Source of the DNA: a bacterium
Lineage (GTDB): Bacteria; UBA10199; 2-02-FULL-44-16; JAAZCA01
DNA length: 64,000 nucleotides
Assembly: GCA_021810905.1 (NCBI GenBank)
Contig: JAJZQH010000011.1
Span: forward strand, 4,358 to 68,357
Reading direction: 5' to 3'
The translations under genes and the position numbers were made by a program. The notes below the pieces were generated by a model. That model saw only the letters and a program-made list of their open reading frames with translations, had not been told where the DNA came from and did no database searches. Each line of letters starts with the position of its first letter. The first letter of the stretch is position 1. Below, piece after piece: positions 19,639-27,914 of this stretch.

Positions 19639-22600
19639 TCACTGCGCTTCGAGATACGCGTTGATCAAACTCATATCGACCTGCCGGATCTTTTCGTTCC
19701 AGATAACCGTCAGATAGCGGTCGTCGCCGGAGATAATGACTGACGTCGGATCCTCCGATCCATTCTCATCATCATCATCTTTACAAGATGAATAGGGGAT
19801 CTCATCCTGTTGTTCCCCGCCAAAATACACACCTATATTGCAGTAATGCAGCACATAGTATCGCTCTGCACGTGAAGAAGGATAGGCTTGAAAATCCTTG
19901 AGCTGGCTGATATTCGACAGATCCAGGGCATAGACTCGATTCTCTACCCATATCTCATCACGCACAAGATGCGGCAAAATTGACCAATAACTGCTTACCC
20001 AATCTTCAGCCAATTTCGAAATCGAGCCGTTATCTTCAAACCGATAGACAGCAAGCTCGCCACCTTTTGCAGCTACAGCGATCCGTCGATCGGCACGGAA
20101 AGCCATGACCGGATGTCTTTCTGATGAGTAATAAAAATCCAATCCGCATGAACAATCGACGGACATATCCGAACGATCGAGAACGCAGACGTCGGACGAT
20201 TCCTTCCAAATCATAAGGACCTTCTGTCCTGGGCCGCTGGCGAGATCGGCCACCGTATCCACGTTCGGATGCGTGGTCTGACCCTGCAGCGTGCCATCTG
20301 GCGCCACCACTGTAATAACGTTGCCCTTTGCCGTGATAACAGTCCCATCCGGCGCGACGTCAAACGTGTCCGCTGCGGTTGGAAGCGGCTTCGGCGTAAT
20401 AAAATCCTTGCCGCTTATGGAATAGATCTGGAGCTCAATTCCCGGCTTGAAGAGCATGTAGACGTGATCCGTCACTGGATCATGAACCACCTTGAGCAGA
20501 TCGGCCTCTGAATAAGGAAGCGATGTGATCCATACATCCGGCATGTCGTCAAAAAGAAAAGTTGGGTTCCATCCCGACTGAAGCGAATAAATCCCCTCAA
20601 TCTCTATCGTGCTGTTCTTACAGTAAGCAGAAATCGTCACTTCAATTTCGTTTTCCGACTTAAATTCCACTGGAAGATTGTAACCATAGCACCCGGCAAA
20701 ATGTGCTTCCGTATCTTCAGTGAAGTTAAACCCTCTTATCCGAACTTTGGTTCCTATATTGCCGTTTAACGGATCTGCATTCGTAACGAGCGCATTATCA
20801 CCTCCGCCTTCCGCAACTTGTCCGATCAATGGCGTTGACAAGAGCGATGCGTCCCCCTCACGATTCAACATCAGGCTTGTCCTGTCCAAGGGTCTCATCT
20901 CGGCGTCTTCGATCCGAAGTTGCACCTTGCCGCTGTCAATGATCGACGATTCGTCAATCGTCACCTTCCCGTCAGTCGATAACCATGCACCTGATGCATT
21001 GGCTATCGCTTCATCGATCGGCATTTGATTGAATACGCTGATATCCTTGGCGGTCAGCATAAGGAGTGTCGCTCGATCAGCGTCGTACGTGTAAAAATTG
21101 TCCGCGCTCATCTGAATAGTTTCATTTCGGAAAAAATGCTTCAGAGGGATAACAAGCAGCATGCTGGTCGTGTTCTCTGCATTCCACATCGAGACATACG
21201 CGATCATACGCTGAGCATCGATTTTGATATAGCTATCCGACATAGAAACATTCTGATCGAAATTCGCTTCCGTGGGAGCCGCTGATGAACCGCCGCAGCC
21301 TGAAACAAGACACAATAATCCGACGACGGCCATGGGCGCACACGAACGCCTGGAAATACCACGCATTGCCGCCACGATCATGAGCACGATCACTCCGAAG
21401 GCGAACGACGCGCCGGCGCCGTATCCTGATCCTCCAACAAGTGCGCATCCGCCGCTGCCGGACGATGGCGGTTCATCTGCCAGCTGCGGCAATGCCTGCG
21501 GCGAGAACGGAGTTTCAGCGACATCTTCATCGCTCACCGGCAGGGGCGTCTGAAGATCGGTCGCATCGAAATTGCTGAATATTTTTGCGACGTCGATGAT
21601 TCCATATCCCCAGCGGTTGTCTGGGAAGACATCAACCACCCTTGAGTTGCGCGCAATGAGCGTCTCTATCTGCGATGTTGTGAGATCTGGCTTACGCTGG
21701 AGCATCAAGGCAATCGCTCCGGCAACGTGCGGCGATGCCATACTCGTGCCGGCCATCGCAACGAACCTCCGATCATTGTCAACGGCATAACCGGATCCGA
21801 CGAGCGAATTGATTGCATCGTAAGAAAGCGCGGAAATGATCATCTCGCCTGGAGCGGTGATTTCAGGCTTTTGCCCGGTGCGTGAGGAATCGCCAGATGG
21901 CCCTGGGCTGCTGAACGGCGAGAGAGAGTCTACGGGAGTAAAATCGCCTGAGATGCCGACGTCTCGCATGAGCGGCCATAAATCATCGCGTGTCGCAAAC
22001 GACGCCACGGAGATGACCTGCTGAGCTGTGGCGGGAATACCCACGGTGCGCCTGCTGTCGCCCGGACAATAACGATGACCTGACGACAGATAAACGCCGT
22101 CACGTTTAGTAAAATACGAGCCATATGCGGCCCACGCATCAAACGCGCCGCTTCCTGATGCGATCAGATCGAATGAATAATTATCGATGGATATATCGTT
22201 GCCTTCTGATGCTTCAATATAGAGGACTGTATGCTTTCTGCCGTTCTCGGGGTTCACGGTCTCCGTAGATTCAACCACGACATGGAGCCGTCCATCGTCC
22301 ATTTCGGAATCATAAATACTTCCTTCGGCTACGATACCGGTCTCTTCGTACGATCCATATTTATCCACGCCCAGACCAAACGTGAGCGCCGCGCCTTCAC
22401 GCTGCCATATATCGATCAACGCGTAGCTGCCGCCTGAGGACAAACCAAGGAACTCGAACCTGCATTCGTCCCCCTGCAGCTGCGTGGATGCGTGCACGCT
22501 CGCGATGACATCATCGCTATTACGGTTGTAGTTGCCGGCTGATGCGACTATGGCCCGGCCTGGAGCCTCGCTTATCTTCGCATCGAGCGCCTGCTCCAGC

Positions 22601-23487
22601 AACGACGTGCCGTCGTGCGCGCCATATTGCGTTCCGAGACTCATGTTGATCACGACCGGTTTGCCAGCCTGCGACGCCTTTCTCATTATATAATCGACGG
22701 CATCCACCAGGCTCGTAGAGAACGCACCCGACAATTCGCTCGCTATCTTGACAACAATCAGCTCGGCGCCTGGCGCCATGCCTTCGTATTGTTTGTCACG
22801 ACCGGCTGCGATCCCCGCCACATGAGTACCATGCCCGACTTCGTCCTTCGATGGACACGTCTTCTCCTCGATATCCTTGCGGAAACACTCGATGCCGTAG
22901 GTGCCCTCAATCTCCGAGGGTGCCGCGAATCCCTCTGCGGTCTCTATACCCTGATCCCATATTGAGATAATGCGTGAATTGCCGTCTGCGTCGTTGAACA
23001 CGGAATGGCGCCAGTCGATTCCCGTGTCGATGATCCCTATGATCACCCCCGTTCCATCATACGCAACTCCGTCGACCTGCCCGGCCTTCACCGCGGTCGC
23101 ACCTATAGCCGGGAGGCTCTTGTCGAGCATGGGCGCGAGCTGTTTGTCGGCCTCCGCGTATTCGATCTCACCGGATTTTGCCATCTGCTCCAGGAGCTCA
23201 ATAGATATCGTAACGGATGCGATCTCCTTGGCCACAACGCGAGCGTTGCCGCCGGAGGCATTGACGGCAGCGACTACGGCTTCAACATCACGAGCTTTCA
23301 CGAGGGCGCTGACGAAGCCATCGCGCGCGCCACTTGCCGCTTCTTTTCCGCTCCCCGCCAAATGCCGCTGCTGGCCAAGATACAAGACCGGGTCGATTGA
23401 GTTAGAGGCGCAGACCGAGAAAGATGCGGTCAACATCGCCACAGCGAGCACAATGCCGGATGTAAGCCTGTAGAGAGATGATTTCAT
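19639..23487 (-). CDS. S8 subtilisin-like peptidase (signal peptide, catalytic D/H/S). In the same frame it continues through an internal GC + TM + RRS sorting-signal-like segment and a second lipoprotein-like module with an IPT/TIG-like domain
   Basis: The catalytic triad motifs are IGIIDTGIDWRH (Asp), HGTHVAGIAAG (His) and GTSMASPHVAGAIALM (Ser). The signal peptide MKSSLYRLTSGIVLAVAMLTASFSVCASN starts at the ATG at 23487, whereas the ORF track starts at 23559. Residues 743-1306 begin with MAVVGLLCLVSGCGG (lipobox) and contain NGNIGTKVRIRGFNFTEDTEAHFAGCYGYNLPVEF (IPT/TIG-like). The stop overlaps the start of the giant protein gene. Confidence 0.8.
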   Translation of the reverse strand: MKSSLYRLTSGIVLAVAMLTASFSVCASNSIDPVLYLGQQRHLAGSGKEAASGARDGFVSALVKARDVEAVVAAVNASGGNARVVAKEIASVTISIELLEQMAKSGEIEYAEADKQLAPMLDKSLPAIGATAVKAGQVDGVAYDGTGVIIGIIDTGIDWRHSVFNDADGNSRIISIWDQGIETAEGFAAPSEIEGTYGIECFRKDIEEKTCPSKDEVGHGTHVAGIAAGRDKQYEGMAPGAELIVVKIASELSGAFSTSLVDAVDYIMRKASQAGKPVVINMSLGTQYGAHDGTSLLEQALDAKISEAPGRAIVASAGNYNRNSDDVIASVHASTQLQGDECRFEFLGLSSGGSYALIDIWQREGAALTFGLGVDKYGSYEETGIVAEGSIYDSEMDDGRLHVVVESTETVNPENGRKHTVLYIEASEGNDISIDNYSFDLIASGSGAFDAWAAYGSYFTKRDGVYLSSGHRYCPGDSRRTVGIPATAQQVISVASFATRDDLWPLMRDVGISGDFTPVDSLSPFSSPGPSGDSSRTGQKPEITAPGEMIISALSYDAINSLVGSGYAVDNDRRFVAMAGTSMASPHVAGAIALMLQRKPDLTTSQIETLIARNSRVVDVFPDNRWGYGIIDVAKIFSNFDATDLQTPLPVSDEDVAETPFSPQALPQLADEPPSSGSGGCALVGGSGYGAGASFAFGVIVLMIVAAMRGISRRSCAPMAVVGLLCLVSGCGGSSAAPTEANFDQNVSMSDSYIKIDAQRMIAYVSMWNAENTTSMLLVIPLKHFFRNETIQMSADNFYTYDADRATLLMLTAKDISVFNQMPIDEAIANASGAWLSTDGKVTIDESSIIDSGKVQLRIEDAEMRPLDRTSLMLNREGDASLLSTPLIGQVAEGGGDNALVTNADPLNGNIGTKVRIRGFNFTEDTEAHFAGCYGYNLPVEFKSENEIEVTISAYCKNSTIEIEGIYSLQSGWNPTFLFDDMPDVWITSLPYSEADLLKVVHDPVTDHVYMLFKPGIELQIYSISGKDFITPKPLPTAADTFDVAPDGTVITAKGNVITVVAPDGTLQGQTTHPNVDTVADLASGPGQKVLMIWKESSDVCVLDRSDMSVDCSCGLDFYYSSERHPVMAFRADRRIAVAAKGGELAVYRFEDNGSISKLAEDWVSSYWSILPHLVRDEIWVENRVYALDLSNISQLKDFQAYPSSRAERYYVLHYCNIGVYFGGEQQDEIPYSSCKDDDDENGSEDPTSVIISGDDRYLTVIWNEKIRQVDMSLINAYLEAQ
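21340..21459 (-). other. internal tripartite sorting-signal-like segment (Gly-rich GC motif, hydrophobic helix, RRS), followed at 21333 by an in-frame ATG and lipoprotein signal
   Basis: SGSGGCALVGGSGYGAGASFAFGVIVLMIVAAMRGISRRS resembles PEP-CTERM, MYXO-CTERM or GlyGly-CTERM C-terminal anchors, which are common on S8 peptidases. I hand-verified the codons ggt att tcc agg cgt tcg tgt gcg ccc ATG gcc gtc gtc gga tta ttg. Confidence 0.5.
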
Positions 23488-23542
23488 ATATCGTCCGTTC
23501 CGGGCATATATCATGAACCGCCCACATGGTATCCGTTCACAG

Positions 23543-24601
23543 CTATTTTTTGTTCTCACTCCCCTTCGGCTTCCACGTCGCCGCTGCCTTGTCGCCCAAT
23601 GTGGTCACGTAACTGAAGAACGGCTCCTTGAGTTCACCCTCCCCATAGAGACCTGCGTCCGGCATTTTGCAGTCCTTCATATTGTCCGCGATCGACTTCA
23701 TCCGATCGTCTATCCGCCGCGATCCTGACGAACGAATGATTTCAAATGAGACCTGCTCTCCTCGCTTGTTGTAATCGATTTTGGCCGTGACGTATTTTCC
23801 ACGGCTGTTGAGTTTTTTATTTTCCTGCTTTCCGAAACTGGCAGCCTCGCATTCTTCGAGAACGTTCATCGCCTCATAGAGTTTACTTGCCGAGGGTTTC
23901 TCTTCCTGCTTTCCGACATAAAAGTCATAGGTCTTTGCCTCAGGGTCGTCTTTCGACCTGTCATGCCCCTTGAGGGTCTCTGCGAATCCGACCTGACCAT
24001 CAAGAAGCAGGTGTGCCAACGCTCCCGCCGCGAGGTTTTTCTTTATGATCTTTACGCCCAGATCGACGCCGTCGAGATCCTTGATACGAATCTTTCGAAG
24101 TTTTTTGTCCCTGAGATCGAGATATACGATACCATAATAATCGGTGGCAGGTTCAAGTTGGCGAACATAGAATATCTCGTTCGTTCTTATCGGCCTGTGC
24201 AAAACCTGCCTGCCGTATTTAGCATCAAGTGCAGCGCTCATCCTGAGCCCGTCATTCTCGACGGTCTTGCCCGCGACAGAACCTGCAACGCGTTGTACGT
24301 GCGGATATACATGCACGGCATGCAGATTCCTGTCTCCATCAGATACGATGTCAACATGCTCCACTGAAACCGCATCGCTCCCTACGTTCCGAACCATCAC
24401 CCCAACCGGCAGAAAATGACGCCATTCTCGATACAGCTGAAATTTTTTGCGTTCCTCTTTGGCTGAATACGGATGAACGGAAACGATGGCGCCGACTTCC
24501 GGTAGTTCGACAACCGATTTCATGAAATCATCGGCAAACGATTGTTTTGTCATTGCAAACGCCACCATCATTCCGATCAACAACATGCTCAAGCGTTTCA
24601 T
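23543..24601 (-). CDS. secreted hypothetical protein with a C-terminal TonB-C-like domain
   Basis: The signal peptide is MKRLSMLLIGMMVAFAMTKQSFA. The C-terminus KYVTAKIDYNKRGEQVSFEIIRSSGSRRIDDRMKSIADNMKDCKMPDAG follows the TonB_C pattern (G.V.v.f.v...SSG...lD.aA...v). Confidence 0.4.
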   Translation of the reverse strand: MKRLSMLLIGMMVAFAMTKQSFADDFMKSVVELPEVGAIVSVHPYSAKEERKKFQLYREWRHFLPVGVMVRNVGSDAVSVEHVDIVSDGDRNLHAVHVYPHVQRVAGSVAGKTVENDGLRMSAALDAKYGRQVLHRPIRTNEIFYVRQLEPATDYYGIVYLDLRDKKLRKIRIKDLDGVDLGVKIIKKNLAAGALAHLLLDGQVGFAETLKGHDRSKDDPEAKTYDFYVGKQEEKPSASKLYEAMNVLEECEAASFGKQENKKLNSRGKYVTAKIDYNKRGEQVSFEIIRSSGSRRIDDRMKSIADNMKDCKMPDAGLYGEGELKEPFFSYVTTLGDKAAATWKPKGSENKK

Positions 24602-24707
24602 TTAGACCTCCATTAATTACGTTTTCAATCCTGAATTGCCACTCCGGCGATGAATATTGGTGATTACTCATGTCAATCACATATCGCTTGATTCAATGTC
24701 TCCATTA

Positions 24708-24944
24708 TCAACTATTCTTCAAGCAGGTTATAATGATTAATATTCCGACGCTTAGAAGAAATATTCCGCCCACTAAGGCGACATTAATAAATACTCTCTC
24801 GGATATCTTGATTCCCCAGAGCATATAATTTGATTTTACTGTCCAACGAGCCAATCTCATGCGCATTATTATGACTGATACGCCAAACATCATAAAAAAT
24901 AGTGCGATCAATAGCCTTTGCATATCTATGCCTCCAAGTACCAT
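24708..24944 (-). CDS. small integral membrane protein (2-3 TM); putative immunity protein for the orphan rhs-CT toxin immediately upstream
   Basis: The hydrophobic segments are LLIALFFMMFGVSVIIM and INVALVGGIFLLSVGILIIITCL. It is AT-rich and sits directly 3' of the toxin module, the usual immunity position. Confidence 0.45.
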   Translation of the reverse strand: MVLGGIDMQRLLIALFFMMFGVSVIIMRMRLARWTVKSNYMLWGIKISERVFINVALVGGIFLLSVGILIIITCLKNS

Positions 24945-24956
24945 TTAAAACATCAT

Positions 24957-25283
24957 TCAAAATTCCCAGATTTCAACTACATCAAATACGGTTATGGTAA
25001 CTCCGGGTGTCACGAATCCACCTTCAACATAATCTCCATCGGTCGATTCAAGTCCAAAACCAACGGAACCTCCCCCCCAGAATCCGGCCTGAAATTCAAC
25101 ATTCCATCCCTCTGAAACTGAATCAGGAGAACCTGTGATGGAGACATTTATTGATGGAGGCATGACCCCTCCACCGATATATCCATAGATCTTGCTACCG
25201 TCGAATAACAAACCTCCAGTAAGACCAAGGCCATATCCCGCTGAAACATTAATATTAACGTATCCATTTGATATTTTATTGGT
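24957..25283 (-). other. variable toxin domain of orphan rhs-CT 1 (Gly-rich, GxxxG-type)
   Basis: The domain sequence after DPFG is NKISNGYVNINVSAGYGLGLTGGLLFDGSKIYGYIGGGVMPP...GFWGGGSVGFGLES... It is AT-rich compared with the conserved core. Confidence 0.5.
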
Positions 25284-26027
25284 TCCAAATGGATCAAATG
25301 AGTTCAGTGAATTGTTCATGACATATGCATACACATTCATCCCATCCACGTACCACTCCGGATCCCTCTGCAGGAATCTTCCCAGCTCCGGCGCATACAT
25401 GCGGTTGCGGTAGTAATACAGCCCAGTCGCCTCGTCGTATCTACGCGATGCGAAGCGGTACGCGTTGCCGATCGTGCTCTCTGTTATCACTTGACCGAGC
25501 TCATCCGTGATCGTTGCTGCTCCGTACGGATCATACGAGTAGCGCTCCACGAGGGCGCCATTCTCGTCCGTGATCGCTGCTATGTTGTTGCGCATGTCTG
25601 CGTGATAGTAATACGCGTGATTGTTTGAGATCATCGCTATCGGGCGGTCGATGCCATCATCATAGATAAAACTCGCCGTGAGCGTGCCGTCCGTGACTTC
25701 CTCTATCTCTTGCCAGCCATCGTAGATGAATTGAGTCACCGTGCCATCCGAGCGCAGCTCCGAGATGCGGCGCTTGAGGGCGTCGTATGCGTAGGACGCT
25801 ACGAAGGTATCGTTCAGGGAATCCCGCACCTCGGTCACGAGATTGCGGTCGTCGTATTCATAGCGATACTTTCCATCGTCGATGAGGTTTCCTGCCTCGT
25901 CGTAGATACATCTGTCGCTCAGAATTCTCATGGCAGTCCAACAGCCCTTAGCAAGCAGCTTGGTTGGACCATATTTTGAATCGCTAAGATCCATAATTAC
26001 CGTCTCTATTTCTCGCTCAACGTCCAA
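24957..26027 (-). CDS. orphan RHS C-terminal cassette (RHS repeat-associated core, DPxG, then a Gly-rich variable toxin domain)
   Basis: The stretch AGNLIDDGKYRYEYDDRNLVTEVRDSLNDTFVASYAYDALKRRISELRSDGTVTQF...YYYHADMRNNIAAITDENGALVERYSYDPYG...GLYYYRNRMYAPELGRFLQRDP is near-identical to the C-terminal core of the main RHS protein ending at 27915. It has DPFG and then a divergent, Gly-rich C-terminus. Confidence 0.8.
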   Translation of the reverse strand: MDVEREIETVIMDLSDSKYGPTKLLAKGCWTAMRILSDRCIYDEAGNLIDDGKYRYEYDDRNLVTEVRDSLNDTFVASYAYDALKRRISELRSDGTVTQFIYDGWQEIEEVTDGTLTASFIYDDGIDRPIAMISNNHAYYYHADMRNNIAAITDENGALVERYSYDPYGAATITDELGQVITESTIGNAYRFASRRYDEATGLYYYRNRMYAPELGRFLQRDPEWYVDGMNVYAYVMNNSLNSFDPFGTNKISNGYVNINVSAGYGLGLTGGLLFDGSKIYGYIGGGVMPPSINVSITGSPDSVSEGWNVEFQAGFWGGGSVGFGLESTDGDYVEGGFVTPGVTITVFDVVEIWEF

Positions 26028-26073
26028 ACCTGACTCGTTATGTTAAGGCAATTTTTTATTAAGAAATTGGCAA

Positions 26074-26445
26074 CTACTGCTTGTAGAAAAGTCTCTTAGA
26101 TATTTTCAGGGTTTTTGCATTGATCCAATACTGCACTTCCATCCCGATTATAGCCCTATGTTGTTTTGACATTTCTTTCTTCGAAAGCAGATACGGGTGA
26201 AAGAAAACGATGATATCGTCTCCCTCTTTATAGAGCTCGATATTGTATTTTTTTAACTCTTTTTCAGCTTTGCTCATTTCCGACGTCGTCATAAAATCAG
26301 AATACGCGACAGACCACGCATCGAGGTAAACACCGGGAAATCCATACTTAGTATTAATTTCATGCAATGACACAGTTGAACATCCCAAACAACATAACGA
26401 CACTAAGGTCGCCGCACTTATCAAGCACCTATTAATAATATTCAC
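26074..26445 (-). CDS. small lipoprotein; putative immunity protein for orphan rhs-CT 2
   Basis: The signal and lipobox are MNIINRCLISAATLVSLCCLGCS. It is AT-rich and lies directly 3' of the toxin cassette 26479..27579. Confidence 0.5.
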   Translation of the reverse strand: MNIINRCLISAATLVSLCCLGCSTVSLHEINTKYGFPGVYLDAWSVAYSDFMTTSEMSKAEKELKKYNIELYKEGDDIIVFFHPYLLSKKEMSKQHRAIIGMEVQYWINAKTLKISKRLFYKQ

Positions 26446-26478
26446 ATACCCTCCTTTGATGTAATTTGGCGAAATTCA

Positions 26479-26889
26479 TCACGGTTTTTTTGGACTCCTT
26501 GAAACCGATCCCACTTTTGTTATCTCACTTGATGAAACGTCAAAACGATACACATTCCCTTTGGGGGTTCCCAGATAGGCATCGTCATTATAATATTTTG
26601 CCAAATCTTTATCGCGAGGCGAAAAATGTTCGTTATCGTACGCCGGATTATTATCACCATGTGTATGATAGTAGGCAGTTGTTCCTGTTCCGGCCGGGGA
26701 CTTTGCGTCATACGGCTGGACTTGTTTTACGTCTCCTGCAATTGGTTCCGTATATGAATAATAATCTGCTCGTGAATGATAGATTAATCCGCCATACTCC
26801 CTACCCTCTGCAATTGACCTCAGATTAATATCTGTAACTGCTGCCGCCGCAGCATCATCTTGCGTTGGATAGTGGTCACCAGGTAGTTC
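26479..26889 (-). other. variable toxin domain of orphan rhs-CT 2 (possible JAB/MPN-like H-x-H-x11-S-x-x-D motif)
   Basis: The motif H-T-H-G-D-N-N-P-A-Y-D-N-E-H-F-S-P-R-D has the spacing of JAB metalloprotease signatures, with an upstream Glu-rich segment. Confidence 0.3.
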
Positions 26890-27579
26890 GCCAAATGGAT
26901 CAGTCCATTTTATGGGATTATTCCTTACGTATTTATACACATTCATCCCATCCGCATACCCCACAGGATCCCGCTGCAGGAATCTGCCCAGCTCTGGCGT
27001 ATACATTCGGTGACGGTAGTAATACAGCCCTGTCGCCGCGTCGTATCTACGCGATGAGAAGCGGTACGAGTTGCCGATTGTGCTCTCTGTTATCACCTGA
27101 CCAAGCTCATCTGTGATCGTCGCTGCTCCGTACGGATCGTAGCTGTATCGCTCGATGAGAGCGCCGTTCTCATCCGTGATCGCGGCGATGTTGTTTCTTG
27201 TATCCGCGTGATAGTAATACGCGTGATTGTTTGAGATCATCGCTATCGGGTGATCTATTCCGTCGTCGTAGATGTAACTCGCCGTGATGGTGTTGTTCGT
27301 GATTTCCTCTATCTCTTGCCAGCCATCATAGATGAATTGAGTCACCGTGCCATCAGAGCGTAGCTCTGATATTCGACGTTTCATCGCGTAGGATGCGGAT
27401 TCGTGAGCAACGATCCACTCGCTATCTGGATGCAAATTTATAACGCTATATGTCTTATCGCTGCGGTGCATGTTTAAGCTCTCACCTTTTGTCCAATGTC
27501 CAGACTTGACCCGTTTTCGTTTCTCTACAAAACAATATTCAACCCTTGCCGATAACGAGTCGCGACATTTTGAAGCCAC
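26479..27579 (-). CDS. orphan RHS C-terminal cassette 2 (core and DPxG, with a distinct toxin domain carrying an HxH...SxxD metal-binding-like signature)
   Basis: From aa 64 onward (YAMKRRISELRSDGTVTQFIYDGWQEIEE...YYYHADTRNNIAAITDENGALIERYSYDPYG...GLYYYRHRMYTPELGRFLQRDP...NNPIKWTDPFGE) it is homologous to the main RHS core. The first 63 aa are unrelated. The toxin part includes EGREYGGLIYHSRADYYSYTEP...AYYHTHGDNNPAYDNEHFSPRD. Confidence 0.75.
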   Translation of the reverse strand: MASKCRDSLSARVEYCFVEKRKRVKSGHWTKGESLNMHRSDKTYSVINLHPDSEWIVAHESASYAMKRRISELRSDGTVTQFIYDGWQEIEEITNNTITASYIYDDGIDHPIAMISNNHAYYYHADTRNNIAAITDENGALIERYSYDPYGAATITDELGQVITESTIGNSYRFSSRRYDAATGLYYYRHRMYTPELGRFLQRDPVGYADGMNVYKYVRNNPIKWTDPFGELPGDHYPTQDDAAAAAVTDINLRSIAEGREYGGLIYHSRADYYSYTEPIAGDVKQVQPYDAKSPAGTGTTAYYHTHGDNNPAYDNEHFSPRDKDLAKYYNDDAYLGTPKGNVYRFDVSSSEITKVGSVSRSPKKP

Positions 27580-27598
27580 TTTCTAACTAGACAGCCAT

Positions 27599-27889
27599 TC
27601 ACAGCCCCATAAGCATACGGAAATGTCTGAATATTCCGAGAAATGATGCTGCAATAAATGCACATCCAATTAAATACATGACAATTCGAGCTTCGATGTA
27701 TCGACACTTACTAATCTCTGAAAGCTTCCTTCTCGTTTTGACGATCTTGGTTTCAAACATTCCTGCGTTACAGAGCAAATTCACAGTTACCACATGGTTC
27801 TTTAGGATCAGGAACACACCAAACCCCAAAAGTGCAATCGCCGCAGCCAGCCCCATAACTGCCTTTACGATATCCATATGTCTCCTCAT
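27599..27889 (-). CDS. small membrane protein (2-3 TM); putative immunity protein for the main RHS C-terminal toxin
   Basis: Hydrophobic helices are AVMGLAAAIALLGFGVFLIL and IVMYLIGCAFIAASFLGIF. It is AT-rich and starts 26 nt after the RHS stop. Confidence 0.45.
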   Translation of the reverse strand: MRRHMDIVKAVMGLAAAIALLGFGVFLILKNHVVTVNLLCNAGMFETKIVKTRRKLSEISKCRYIEARIVMYLIGCAFIAASFLGIFRHFRMLMGL

Positions 27890-27914
27890 GATTTAATGAT
27901 AATCAATTAATTAG

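Noticed and set aside
23488-23559. N-terminal extension of the S8 peptidase ORF (MRTKNSCERIPCGRFMIYARNGRY)
   Set aside because: The ATG at 23487 gives a canonical signal peptide. The extension overlaps the upstream gene's 3' end and has no RBS.
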